Below, piece after piece: positions 27,931-40,760 of a stretch of DNA of 64,000 nucleotides. Numbering within the stretch: the first letter of the stretch is position 1; the number at the start of each line of letters is the position of its first letter. This DNA is from the human T2T-CHM13v2.0 reference genome, Homo sapiens. Location: NCBI RefSeq assembly GCF_009914755.1, contig NC_060928.1. The stretch is one strand, 5' to 3'. Below the pieces are notes generated by a model. The model was not told where the DNA came from, did no database searches, and saw only the letters and a list, made by a program, of their open reading frames with translations. A program made the position numbers and the translations under genes.

Positions 27931-28198
27931 AGTGTCTCCAGGTAGTGAGGCCCAACCTCTTTAAAACAAACAAACAAACAAACAAAAAACCAAAATGCAA
28001 ACGTGAGTAGAGAATGAAATACACAGTTTAAATGCCCTCACTATCTTTGGGTTACTAATATACTAAGCCTTTCTGGACTAAGTAAAAGATGCAGGTTCCT
28101 GCGGCTAGGGATAGAAGCCAGACTGGCGTCTTCAGAATCTCCCACCAAGGCTGTACCTCTGGAGGAGTTCTAGGTTTGGATTTGGTCATCTCAAGAAG
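27850..28198 (+). other. C4orf33: Probable non-coding first exon (upstream isoform) of C4orf33; start approximate
   Basis: Consensus donor AAG|GTAAGT at 28198/28199 just downstream of the CpG island; second donor AAC|GTGAGT at 28002/28003. Confidence 0.6.
27964..27990. repeat. (AAAC)n microsatellite
   Basis: aaacaaacaaacaaacaaacaaaaaac. Confidence 0.9.
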
Positions 28199-30269
28199 GT
28201 AAGTACCTTCTCGGTCTTTGTGGGTCTTTAGACAAAGGAGACAACTGTTGTTTAAATATTTAACTGTGTAGTAATAAAGCGTGTAGTTAGAAGTACTCAA
28301 AAGATCTTGCAAATTCAGCAGCTACTTCTTCAAAGATAAGCTTGTTTCCTCAAATATAAGGAAAGATAAAAGGTACTTTTTTTTGCAAAAAACAAAACGG
28401 TAAAACTTACATTTGTGGATAGATTACAATTTTCATTTTTGAAAATTAATTTTGTCTGGACTTAAAACGTATTTTTTTAAAAAAAAATCATTTAACATTA
28501 GAGGAAATCTCACCACTAGCAACAAAAATGTTAACTTGAAGCTAGCCACTAGTTTTGTGCTTTTAATAAATTGTATTTTTATGGACTGAAGTAAAGTTTC
28601 ACTAAACAGGCATGTCATAGATGCAGCTTGATTTGGCTTTCTGTTTAACGGCTTAAGAGTTTTGTTGTCCCGTACTCATAATGTCATATAAACAAAGTAA
28701 CCTTAGCGATATGTGTTAAGAAATTTTAAAAATGTATTCAAATATATGCAGTTAGGCATCTGAAGGCCTTACTCAATACTCACTGTTAATAGAATGAGAT
28801 GGTCCCTTCCTCTAAAGACTAGCTGTTAAATATGGATGTGTAGCTTAATAATCATTGAAAAGGTCTAATCCAGCTTTGAGTTGGTGATAATTGAACTTGT
28901 TCTGATTTTTAGTAGCTATAACGTTTACACAAAAACTTTTTGTATAAACGTTATAGCTAAGGGAAAATTGAGTGTGCAAGGTCCAACTCGTTTTTGAAGT
29001 TCAGTATATGACTCTTTCTTCATAAACATCTCACTGACTCTCCAAGGACTTGCTTGTAACTTCTCCCACATTTGAACCTTGTATATTGTCGTATTTCTAC
29101 TTGGCATCAAATAAATAATTATAGACTTAACTCTACGCTTACACCCAAACTGGATGGAAGCAAATACCTTCTGGCTATAACTGATGAGTGGTATTTACAT
29201 AAAGTGAATATCTCAGGTGAAAACTTTTATGTCTGCACTCGAATTTTTTAGCTTACATGATCATAATTATGATCATGATAGTTTTTTGTTTTTGCGTTTG
29301 TGTTTGTGGTTACAAGATTTTAGTAGTTGAATTTTAATGGAGTATTTTCAACATAAGTTTCATCATTAGGAAACAAAATTGTGATGATTTCACTTATCCT
29401 TAAAGGATCCCCTCTCATGTTCCTCCTTTTCACATCTCCTGAGTTCTTTATCCACTTCTCCCAAGGTAGGTGCCACCTTAGTACTTACTTCATGCTCCTT
29501 CCTGCATTATCTGTCATGTTTTGTAGTTTGTCTCCAGGCTCCATCATAATACCTGGAACACAGAGTTGATTAAATATCTGATGGAAGGAATGAAAGAATT
29601 CAGTGGATGTTCATGAAAAGTATCTATTAGTATAAATTGAATACAAGGAATGACAAGCAGAAATGTATGTAGTTTGTGTGTAACTCTTGTCAAGCCACCA
29701 TTTAATGTTTTTATATGACTTTTCTGCAATAAAGAAAACCCCTAAAGTTGTATAGATTGAAAATTAGTGACATTTCACTAACATTCATTTGGTTGATCAA
29801 TTGACATTGAGCACCCAGTACTATGTGCAAAGTACCAGGAAGAATACAAAGTTAGAAGTTTAAGCAAGGATCAGAACAGATCACACAGCTGGCAAGTGCC
29901 TGAGTTGAGATTTGAACCCAGGCAGTATGGTTCTAATTTCACAATTGTTAACTGCTATGAACATGCCTCCCCAGGAATATAGTATAATATAGTTTATAGC
30001 TGGTATAATATAATTTATAGTTTTTGCTTATATGGCCAGTTAGCCTTTAGTTGTATTAAATGAAATATTTCTGTACATGTTATATTGTAATCTTAATGAT
30101 TTACAGTTGATTTTCAAATTATTGCACAGTATTTATATTTCTGAATCACCCTTCCTTCTTCTAGGAAACCACTCATACTTTAGTGGAACGATTAGAAGTC
30201 TTCAGTTGTTCATGTGTGGCCCTTCAACATCTTTCTTTCCTAGAAAAATCAAGCGTCTTAGCTTCAGTG

Positions 30270-30580
30270 TTCTAAGCCCCTCCCCCAGAACGTGTAGGCA
30301 GCTGGGTGGAGCCTAAAGCCGAGCCCTCTCCTGTGACCTCGGCTGAAAAGAAGAAGCCAGTGTTTGAGAAAAGCTTCGTGGTCTGTGTTCTCTAGTTGTT
30401 CCCTCTTCTCTCTGACATTCCTTTCGTCGTCGCCAGGTCTTGTTTTTCGCTTGATCTCTGGAAAATACTGAAAAGTATTTTACTTTTCAGCTGTCTCCTG
30501 CTAAGTGAGCGTACTCCCCCTTTCAGGCTGACTTCCTCATTTCTCCGTTTCCCTGATAAATGGGCGGGGCCTCGGGGAGG
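30270..30580 (+). promoter_or_regulatory. C4orf33: Probable second C4orf33 promoter and short non-coding first exon (~30320-30380)
   Basis: Local CpG enrichment; GC/GT boxes cccctccccc 30277-30286, gggtggagc 30304-30312, gggcggggc 30562-30570; candidate donor GTG|gtctgt at 30380/30381. Confidence 0.55.
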
Positions 30581-31092
30581 TATGGAAACTGAAAAGAAAT
30601 CATTATTGTAGAAAAACTAAAGAAATTTTTGTTGAGCAGAGGAATTTGGAAATTTTCCTTGCAGATCATTTGGTTGAGAAAACACCTTTACCATAACTTA
30701 TTTCTTTTAAACTTTGCGGACATTTTTTCTTTTCCTGGGTTCTTAATGCTCCAGTGTTCGGTCTCCTTTCTCTTCCTTCGTTTCCTTTTAGAGGTCTTTC
30801 CAGGTAAAGATAAAGCAATCAGAACAATTGAAAATTTATTTTTTTAACTTGTTTTAAGAGCAATTTGAAGAATAGAGGTTAAAAGTAGAAACATACAGAG
30901 TAACAATAAATATTGTATTAAGAAAGTCTAAACAACCAAACTTAAAATTGCATTGCAGGACAGTAATCATCTTGATAATATGCATTATGACTTTTCGGAA
31001 ACGTTCAGCATATATAATATAAAGGGGAGAAGAGGCAGCCACCATACTCTTTTTAAGAGAACCGGCCTTAAATTAGACTTAAAATATATATA

Positions 31093-31377
31093 TTTTTTTG
31101 AGACGGAGTCTTGCTCTGTTGCCAGGCTGGAGTGCAGTGGAGCGATCTCGGCTCACTGCAACCTCCGCCTCCGGGTTCAAGCGATTCTTCTGCCTCAACC
31201 TCCCGAGTAGCTGGAACTACAGGCGCGTGCCACCACGCCCAGCTAATTTTTGTATTTTTAGTAGAGACGGGGTTTCACCATGTTCGCCAGGATGGTCTCG
31301 ATCTCCTGACCTTGTGATCCGCCTGCCTTGGCCTCCCAAAGTGCTGGGATTACAGGTGTGAGCCACCGCGCCCGGCC
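31093..31377 (-). mobile_element. Alu (AluSc-like)
   Basis: Full dimer, many CpGs retained; tgttgccaggctgg and cctgaccttgtgatcc pattern. Confidence 0.95.
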
Positions 31378-31389
31378 AAAAAATAATTT

Positions 31390-32270
31390 TAAACTGTTCA
31401 GTTACCTTAAAATAGTAATGCATGTCTGTCATAGTGTAAAATGCAGATAGGTTTTTAAAAAGTGATGAAGTTGAAAGGAAGCCTTCCTCCTTCCCATATC
31501 TGCAGGCAGATAATTCCCTTCAGGGAAGCAACCACTGTTACCACTCGTTTCTTGGATGTTTCCTGAGATAGTGTATGCCTCACAAGCATATATGCAAATA
31601 AGCTTCCTTTTTATTAAATAAATGCACCTTGCTTTTTTTCACTTCACAACATATTTTAGCATAGATGTTAATTCAGAGCTGCCTCATTCATTTTAGCAGT
31701 TATACAGTGTTTCATTGTATGGTATAGCATAATTTTTTTTACCAGTCCTCTACTGATGGGTATTTAAGTTGCTTCCAACATTTTGTTATTATGAACAATG
31801 CTACCACAAATATCCTCAACGCTTATGTCATTTTGAATATGTGCAGGTATAGTAACTCCTAGAACTAGACTTATTTTTGTCAAAGGATAGTTGCATTTTT
31901 ATTTTGATAGATATTGACGTATTGCTCTTCACAGAGGCTATATCAATTATGCCTCACTAGCAATAAATGATTTTTTTCTCAATGCCCTCATTAACACAGC
32001 TTGTTGTCAGACTTTCTGATCCTTGCCAATCTAAGTGAAAAATGGTAATTTATTGTGGTTTTAGTTTGCATTTCTGTCATTATAAGTGAACATTTTGCAT
32101 TTTCTCTCCGTGAACTGGCTGTTCATAATTTTTGGTCACTTTTCTGTTGGAGTGTTGGTCTTTTCCTTATTGATTTCTAGGAGCTCTTTGTGCATTAAAG
32201 AAATTAGTTATTTGTATCAAGTATGAATTGCATATACTTTTCCCCAGACTTTTGATTTTGTTAATGATAG
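31390..32270 (-). mobile_element. Old L1M 3' remnant
   Basis: ttgcttccaacattttgttattatgaacaatgct..., tgtggttttagtttgcatttc. Confidence 0.7.
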
Positions 32271-32339
32271 GCTTTTGGAGTAAAGGGAACTTGGGAAGGA
32301 GGTTTTTGCTTTTTTACTATTATTTATTTATTATTAAAA

Positions 32340-32655
32340 AAATTCAACTTTTATTTTAGATCCAGGGGATATATGTGCGGGTTTGTCACATGGTTATATT
32401 GCATGATGCTGAGATTTGAGGTACGAATGATCCTATCACCTGGGTAGTGAGCATAGTACCCAGTAGTTAGTTTTTCAACCCTTGCCCCTTTCTTCCCTCC
32501 CCCCTCTAGTAGTCCCCAGTGTCTGTTGTTGCCATCTTTATGTCCATGAGTACCTACTGTTTAATTTCCACTTATAAGTGAAAATATGTGGTATTTGGTT
32601 TTCTGTACTTTCATTAATTTGCTTAGAATAATAGCCTCCAGCTGCATCCATGTTA
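32340..32655 (-). mobile_element. L1PA16/L1PB-like 3'UTR fragment
   Basis: caacttttattttagatccagggg...cccctctagtagtccccagtgtctgttgttgccatc...ccacttataagtg. Confidence 0.8.
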
Positions 32656-32717
32656 GTTTTGCTATATTTATGTAGTAAGATGTTTGGGTTTTGGTTTGTA
32701 TTTTAAAAGGTTTTCTC

Positions 32718-33254
32718 TACTAATGCAGGGAAAGCCCAGATTTGGGGCTCAGCCCAGGAGAGTTCTTGGCTTCATGCAGGAAAGGATTCACAAGCTAAAG
32801 CAAGTTTATCAGAGCAACAAACTACAGGAAAATGGCTGCTCCATAGACAGAGTAGGAGCAGCAGCTCCCATGAATTGTTGGCCAGCTGTATACATACAAT
32901 TCCCTGGTTATATGCTAAATAAGGGGTGGGTTATTCATGCATTTTCCAGAAAAGTAGGAAGGGTTCCCAGAACTGAGAGTTCCTCCCTTTTTTAAACCAT
33001 ATAAGGTAACTTCTAGGAGTTGCCATGGCATTTGTAAACTGTCATGCCACTGTTGGGAGGTTTTTTTTTGCATGCTACTGCATTATAATTAATGTATAAT
33101 GAGCAGTGAGGGCAACTAGAGATCACTTTTGTTGCCATCTTGGTTTTAGCTGGTTGTGGCCAGTTTCTTTGCTGCATCTTGTTTTGATAAGATTCTGTTT
33201 CAATCAGTGGGACCTTGGTGCTCAGAAAACAAGCCCAGCTCATCTCCTACCTTA
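32718..33254 (-). mobile_element. MER41-family (MER41E-like) ERV1 solo LTR in C4orf33 intron 1
   Basis: atatgctaaataaggggtgggttattcatg...ccatataaggtaacttc...gttgccatggcatttgtaaactgtcatg...gccatcttggtttt, matching recalled MER41 hallmarks. Confidence 0.8.
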
Positions 33255-34405
33255 CTACTATAAGATTTTATTTAACTCTCTTTTTATTTCCTGTTTTTAT
33301 ATGATTTTGATTTTTATGTTTAAATCTTTGATTCATCTAAAACTTACTTTGGTATAAGGATCCCACTGAATTAAATTGGACTGCAAAATGAACCAACTGA
33401 TGTTGGAAACGGGTACCTCATTGATTAGTTACATGAGAACCATCCCAAACTCCTGTAGACTTATTATATATTATTTCCCCAGCACCTGGTATGGTACCTG
33501 AAATAAGATGAGTGCTTAATAAATGCTTGATAAACTAAATTGAAGGGAATTTCTGGGCTTATTATCTTTGTTATTAGCCATTGTATTGATCTGATATGTA
33601 GTGTTAAATGAGATGATGATACCACGAACACAGTAGATTTCTCCTGCACAAAATCTAGAGTGTTAGATCCAGGGACTAGAAAAATTATTCACTCAACAAA
33701 TAAATAGTAACCATCACTTATAGGCATTCTAGCTGGGTTCAGGGAGTCAATAAACAAATATGTAATGCCATGTAATTGCCATGTAAGAATAGAAATAGAG
33801 CAGTGTACAGGTTAATAGAGAATGACCAGGAGGGGAGCGCTAGCCCAAGAGGTGAAGGACATTGACAATTAAGTTGTCTTTACTTAATGAACACATGTTC
33901 AAATACAAAGAAATTGAAAGGTTGTGGGGGTTAAATCTCAGAAGATTACAGAGGGAGAATCATCTGTCTCTAGTTTATGTTAGTTTTAAACTAGACTGTT
34001 AACTACTGGGCAGGACGGACTATACTTTTTAGGTTAATTTTTATAAATATTATGCATTCTTAGATTGACGTCAGTGTTCTTTAAGCGATATAAAGTTTAA
34101 AAAAAAAAACAAATTTGTCATTGCAATAAGAAACGAAAGTTGTTTATGCAATTAAAGCCAAAATTATATTCTGTCTTTGGACTGATCAGCCATGCACTAT
34201 TCCCTACTTGTGGAAGTCTAGTCACTATTTTTTGCAGTAATTTTCAAATAATGCTCAAAGAAACCTTAGGGGGGAAAAGCAGAAGGAACCAGTAGAAAGG
34301 TTTGAGGTACTCACTACCTAATTCTTAACAATGGTAACTTTGCTTTTATCTTTTACTTCTTATCTTCCAGATAAAATTACATTTTGAAGTAATTTGAAAC
34401 CTATG

Positions 34406-34624
34406 CAAGCTTGTCCAACCCAAGGCCCATGGACTACATGTGGCCCAGGACAGCTTAGAATGCAGCCCAACACAAATTCGTAAACATTATGGATTGTATT
34501 TTGATTTTTTTTTTTTTTGGCTCATCAGCTATTGTTAGTGTTAGTGCATTTTATGTGTGGCCCAAGACACACATTCTTCTTCTTCCAATGTGGTCCAGGG
34601 AAGCCAAAATATTGGACACACCTG
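34406..34624 (-). mobile_element. MER30 hAT-Charlie non-autonomous DNA transposon
   Basis: caagcttgtccaaccc...ctcatcagctattgttagtgttagtg...gggaagccaaaatattggacacacctg; imperfect terminal inverted repeats. Confidence 0.85.
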
Positions 34625-34697
34625 CTATAAAGTCTACCACACTCTGACCATGAGACCCACCATGTGTGCATGGAAATGATAGGCCACTTTTAGTAGC

Positions 34698-34731
34698 ATA
34701 TCACTGGATATCACTGGATATCACTGGATAT
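34698..34731. repeat. Perfect 10-bp tandem repeat (atatcactgg)x3.4
   Basis: atatcactggatatcactggatatcactggatat. Confidence 0.92.
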
Positions 34732-36782
34732 GGTTTTATTCCATTTAGACATAGAATTGATTGCCTGAATGTGCTGGGAATTAAGAAGTCCCTAGTGGAA
34801 ACCCACTGATTAAGATAGGGATCTCTTTAATGTATGCAGAATTTTTGTGGATTTGGTGGTTGTATGAAGAATAAGTGAATCTACCAGAACTTCCTAGTAG
34901 CTAAGGTATGTATTGCCAAAATTGTCAAGAATTATCAAGCTCTAAATTAGGAGAATAGCATTTTCTCTCAGCCTATTGGTGTCAGAATCAGTCATTCAGC
35001 ATTTCTAACGTCTTGATTTATTCATATTTCTTCCTATATGCTGCATGAGGATACTTATTACTACCAAAATTTAGGATAGAGGATTATACATTTTTTTTGT
35101 AGAATGTGCTTTGATGTTTCAACTAAAGAAAATAAATTTATTATTGAGGTATTTTATTCCATACAATCCACTTAAATCAGAATCAATTTATATAGTCTTA
35201 TCACTCATTGAGCTTCTGTCAATAATGAAGAATATGAGTTGCTGAACATTTCTTCTGAAATGCTATTAGCTTTCTACAAATGGGTTATAATACCAGAATT
35301 GTTTAATTTTAGAGATTATCTAGTAAAATTTGCGAGCATATAGTGAAAATTAGTAAAAGCTATATGTTTTAGAAAAAGGTTTTTAGAGGTCTTGGATTTC
35401 TTATGTTACACAGAGCTTGTACATTTGGATCTCCCACTGCTTAGCTCGTAGGAGGTTTTCAATACATATTCACTGAATTAAATTTATTCCAAATTTAGTA
35501 ACTTCATTAATTATAGTAAAAGACTGTAAATAACTTATGAAGCAAAGGAATACATTCAAAGATTTCAGATAAAAGAAGTTACAGTTTGGAAAGGTTATCA
35601 GGTACTAAGTGAGATTATCTTTTGGATAAAACATAGGATCTAGTATAATTTGGGGGGTCCACCACTCCTAAAATAAAATTTTCACCTCTTTGCAGATTCC
35701 TGAAATGTCTTCATCTGGGAAAACATTGTTGACATTGGTTTAATTTCTAGATATGCTAGTCACGTGACCTTGGACAAATCTGTTCCATTTGTAATGAGGA
35801 CAGTAATAGTTTCTCTGCAAGTTTGTACTGCAATTAAATGAGACAATGTTTAGAAAATGCCCAATCCATAGTATTCAAAAATGTGATTTTATAAATGCAT
35901 TACAAGACTGTGTCCTTCTATTGAATACTTAGAATACTAATTTAAAATGCAAAAACTGCTTTTTTGTAGGTACTCAGTCTATTTCAAAGTTTAAATGATT
36001 GCAGATTCTGTTCCCATTTTTCAGTTGGAGAGAGGTAATTAACCAAGCAAGCAGTCATTTAACAGTTAAAATATTAAAACTGAAAGTGTATATGCTGGGA
36101 CAAAGGAAGGCAAAATTCAACTCTACTAACTTTTAAATGATTGGAACTCCCCATCCCCAACCCCCATGAAGAAAAGGATTTTGGCCAAAAGAACAGGTGT
36201 TAACAGCACTTCTTCTACTGATTTATGGAGTTTTTTTTAACTAAGTTGAATTTTATTATAAAGATCTTGATTCCCAGAGGATCCAGTAACTGAGACACCT
36301 GCACACTTTACAATAAATAAAAGACAAAGGATGACATAAGAACCCATGGTGCTTATAGTTACAGTTAAGTATATTAACAATTTTTGCAGTAGACTTAATT
36401 ACAATTAAAAAAATGATTTTGATGCACTGTTTACAACAGCACTAGAGCCAAATCTAGACTTTTAACACTTTTATCACTTTTCATGTTGAGGTCGATAGTG
36501 TTTCTATGGCAGCAATTAAAAACAAAGTTAAATAAAAAAGTGTTAAATCTAGAAGTTTTAAAACCTCTAGGAACTAGTTACCTATTTTAGACTAGAACTC
36601 AGAGTCTGTGCTTTGGCACAACACAAGATAGCCTTTTGACTCCCAGGACTGTGCTCTTGCCACTCTGCTGCCTTTCCCGTCTGCTGTTTGGCATTGAAAT
36701 TTTCATTTCATTTCCAACTAAAGAAAACATTTGTATATTGTTAAAGAGTTTGTTTTAACATATTTTCTTTTAGAGTCTTCAG

Positions 36783-36963
36783 ATGGATTTTAAAATTGAA
36801 CACACTTGGGATGGTTTTCCAGTGAAGCATGAGCCCGTATTTATCAGGCTGAATCCAGGTGACAGAGGAGTGATGATGGACATTAGTGCTCCATTTTTCA
36901 GGGATCCTCCAGCCCCACTTGGAGAACCAGGAAAACCTTTCAATGAACTGTGGGATTATGAAG
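36783..36963 (+). CDS. C4orf33: C4orf33 (UPF0462) first coding exon, 181 nt; exon likely starts at 36774
   Basis: Acceptor ttttcttttag|agtcttcagATG; [18 protein letters not shown]...LWDYE; donor G|gtaagt. Confidence 0.96.
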
Positions 36964-37115
36964 GTAAGTGGAAGTACTGTATTTTATTGCAAACATAAAT
37001 CTTCTTATAATAACCTCTCACAGAACTATTATTTTATCTTGCTGTTGGGAAGTAAGTGCTTCTGAGCAATTGACATGTACAGTTTCTGATATTTCCTACC
37101 AATCTCTCATTCTGA

Positions 37116-37490
<375 letters not shown>

Positions 37491-38169
37491 CACAAATCCA
37501 GATTTTTTTATTGCTGCCTTATTTTCTTCCTTTATTTCTGTTACCTATGCTGAGAAGAGTTCAGGATTCCTGTTTTGTATTTAAGTATCTTTAAATTACC
37601 ACTCTAACATTACAAATCTTCTTTATGGAAGATTTGGAGTGTTTTACTTATTGTAGAAACACTATCAACCTCAATACGAAATGTAGTTTTTACTTTATCC
37701 TGGCAACTCGTCTCACATATCAAATTAAGACATGACATAAAATTACAGTTTCAGGTTTGCTCTATGATCTCCTTCTACTGTATCCTAATTAAGCTATCAG
37801 ATTCATCTTTCTGAAATACTCTTCATGATGCCATTTCCCAGATGATAAATCATTACTATCCCTAGGATAAAGTTCAAACCCTTCCTTTAAGCTTTCAGCA
37901 CACTTATGAATTGGGCCACCATATTCAACCAAAAGCTCTTAACCTATGTACCTTCTCATTCTATTCCCCCTGCCTCTAATGCATAGTTCAAGATCTAATT
38001 CATGTCCCATTTCTTCAAAGAAGATTTTGATGAATCTTCTAGTCAATATGTCTAGTGTATGCCATTTGTAAGCACACATTTTGTCAGTGTTAATTTGTCA
38101 TATGTTAAATATATATTGTCTTTTATTGATACAAAATGGGTATATAGCATCTTCCTAATGGAATACACA

Positions 38170-39085
38170 CTAATGTGACTTACCTTCTAGAGGCACTACA
38201 GACATGAAACTCAACAAATTCTAATCTCAACTCACCTACTTCTTTCATAAACCAGTTCTTTACCTAATTGTCCAATATCAATAAATGGTACTAACAATAC
38301 ATTAAATCACCAAATCTAAAAAATTGTGAGATCTTTCTAAGATATCCTTCTTTGACACTCTCCCTTATTTGGATTTATTTACTAAGTCCCATCAGTTTTG
38401 CTTCCTAAATATTCCTCTAACTCAGTATCTCCTCTTTTATCCCCACTATCCTTGCCAAAAGTTAGGCTTTCATCATCTTTTACCTTGGTTAGGGCAGAGC
38501 CTTCTAAATAGTCTTTTAGCCCTTAAGCCCATTCTTCATTTAGAAGCTGGACTGCTATATCTAAAATGAAAATTTAAACTCATCCTTCAGCTACCTAAAA
38601 ACCTTCTCAGGATCCTTTTCCTCTCAAGGTAAGTTTTGTCCTTCTTAATATGATCTCTGTATAAGACTTTCCATGACCTGGCCCCTTATTCTCTGTAGCA
38701 CCACCAGCTTCTCCTACATTGAAAGGTTTGCCTGGTAAGACTGAACTGTTCATAGTTCTTTAAATAAGCTACAATATTTCCTAATTGTGTACCCTTGATT
38801 TTACTGTTTTCTTGCCCTAGAATGCTGTTTCTATCATTCTTCACCTAGTTCCAAATCATCTTTCAAGACAGAGCTTAAATAGCAACTTCTCCAGGAATCC
38901 TTCACTAAACCACTTTTTTGAGCTAAACATCTGTTTTCTATTTTTTCCTGTAGCAATGCATGCATCCTCCATTTTGGAACTTTTATTAAAATTTTCCACT
39001 TTAGTATCTGATTAGATTGTAAGCCAATAAAGGTATTTCCAGAATCTGATATAGTGTTTAATACAGAGAAGCTGCAAAAGTATTT
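38170..39085 (+). mobile_element. L2 remnant
   Basis: aaactcaacaaattctaatctcaactc..., ctccaggaatccttc..., 3'-end-like gatatagtgtttaatacag. Confidence 0.65.
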
Positions 39086-39119
39086 GTAAGGTGATGATGG
39101 AAAGTAGAAAGCAGAAGAT

Positions 39120-39650
39120 ATATATGTGCATCTGAGTGTGTGTGTGTGTGTGTGTGTGATATATATACACACATGTATGTATAGTGAGAGAGAGAGTATG
39201 TGTGCTTATGTATGTATGTATGTACCTATCTATTTTATATATATGGAGAGAAAGAGAGAGATCTATTTTAAGAAATTAGTTCACACAATTGTGGCAGCTA
39301 GCAAGTCCACTCTTCCCTGGGTCTTCAGTCAACTGGCTGGAAAACCCACTCTTCCCTGGGTCTTCAGTCAGCCAGCTGGAGAGTCTATGTTGCAGTTCAA
39401 ATCTGAAGGCTGTCTGCTGGTAGAATTCCTCTCTTGAGGGAGGTCAGTCTTTTTTTCTATGAAGACCTTAAACTGATTGGATAAGCCCCAGCCACATTAT
39501 AGAGGGAAACCTGCTCTACTAAAAGTCTACTGATTTTAATGTTAATCTCATCTTTAAAAAATGGCTTCACAGAAACAACTAGAATAATATGTTACAAAAT
39601 ATCTGGATACCATGGCCTAGTTAAGTTGACAGATACAATTAACTATCACA
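39120..39650 (-). mobile_element. MLT2 (MLT2C/D-like, ERVL) LTR with (TG)n/(TA)n/(GA)n tract
   Basis: Terminus ...gttaagttgacagatacaattaactatcaca; aactgattggataagcccc, aaagtctactgattttaatgttaatctcatc. Confidence 0.8.
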
Positions 39651-40760
39651 GTAGACATTCTAATTTGTCTATATAAAAGATTTAAAAAGGGACAATAAGA
39701 TTCTCTGAATTGCTGGCAGAATTATGTCTATATTTTAGCTATTTTATTATAAAAATAACACATGGAAAATTGGAAACAACCTAAATGTCTATCCATAAAG
39801 GATTAAGTGAGTAAGTTATAATATTCTATAAAATACTACTATTCAGTCATTAAAATAGTATGTAGAAGCATAGAAAAGGTCTGGCAGGTTTTAGACCAAA
39901 GGGGAAGAAAAGGACTTTGACTTTTTACTTCATATGTATTGTTTTAATTATTTACAAGAAAGATGTATATGTTCAAAATTAAACAATTTTAAAAATAGCA
40001 ATATTCAGAAATTTCCAGAAAATTATAAAAAAGAAAAGAAAGATCACCTACCTAAATTCCTGCAATCACAGATATGCAGTCATTAACATTTTTGTGCACA
40101 TTTTGCAGACATCTAGACATAGACACACATGCAATTTTAATGTCATGCACATTTTGGTTGCTGTTCTGCAGCTGACTTATCGAATATCATGGATATCTTC
40201 CTATATCAACAAATATTTAATGGTATCTTTGATTTTAATAGCTGCATTGTATTCCATTGTTTATGGAATATATGAATTCCATAATTTACTTAACAGTTCT
40301 CCTGTATAATAGGAGATGTATTTAGAGAATAAGAGATAATCTTATGTAATAGGAGATAATCATTTAGATCATTTCTAATTTTTGAACAGTACTCTAATGA
40401 ATGGCATTATACTTAATTCTTTTCCCAGTTGTCAGATTATTTTCTTAAGATAAATTCCTAGAAGAAGATAACTGGCTCAAAGTTTATGTGATAATGTTAA
40501 TTTCTTTACAACCTGACCAGCACTAGTTTTAATTAATCTTTTCAATATGTGGCAATCTGATATGTGAGAAAATTGTTGATGATTTATTTCCTATATATTT
40601 CTTCTTCCAGGCAATGTCTATTTTCTTTGCTCTTTTTCCTATTGGGGATAGTATTATAATTAAGAATAGTTAATTCATTTTATATTCTAAAGGAATAAAT
40701 TATTTATTGTTGGAAAGCAATATTAAATATCTCAATATGTTATATCTCTGTTTTCAAAAG

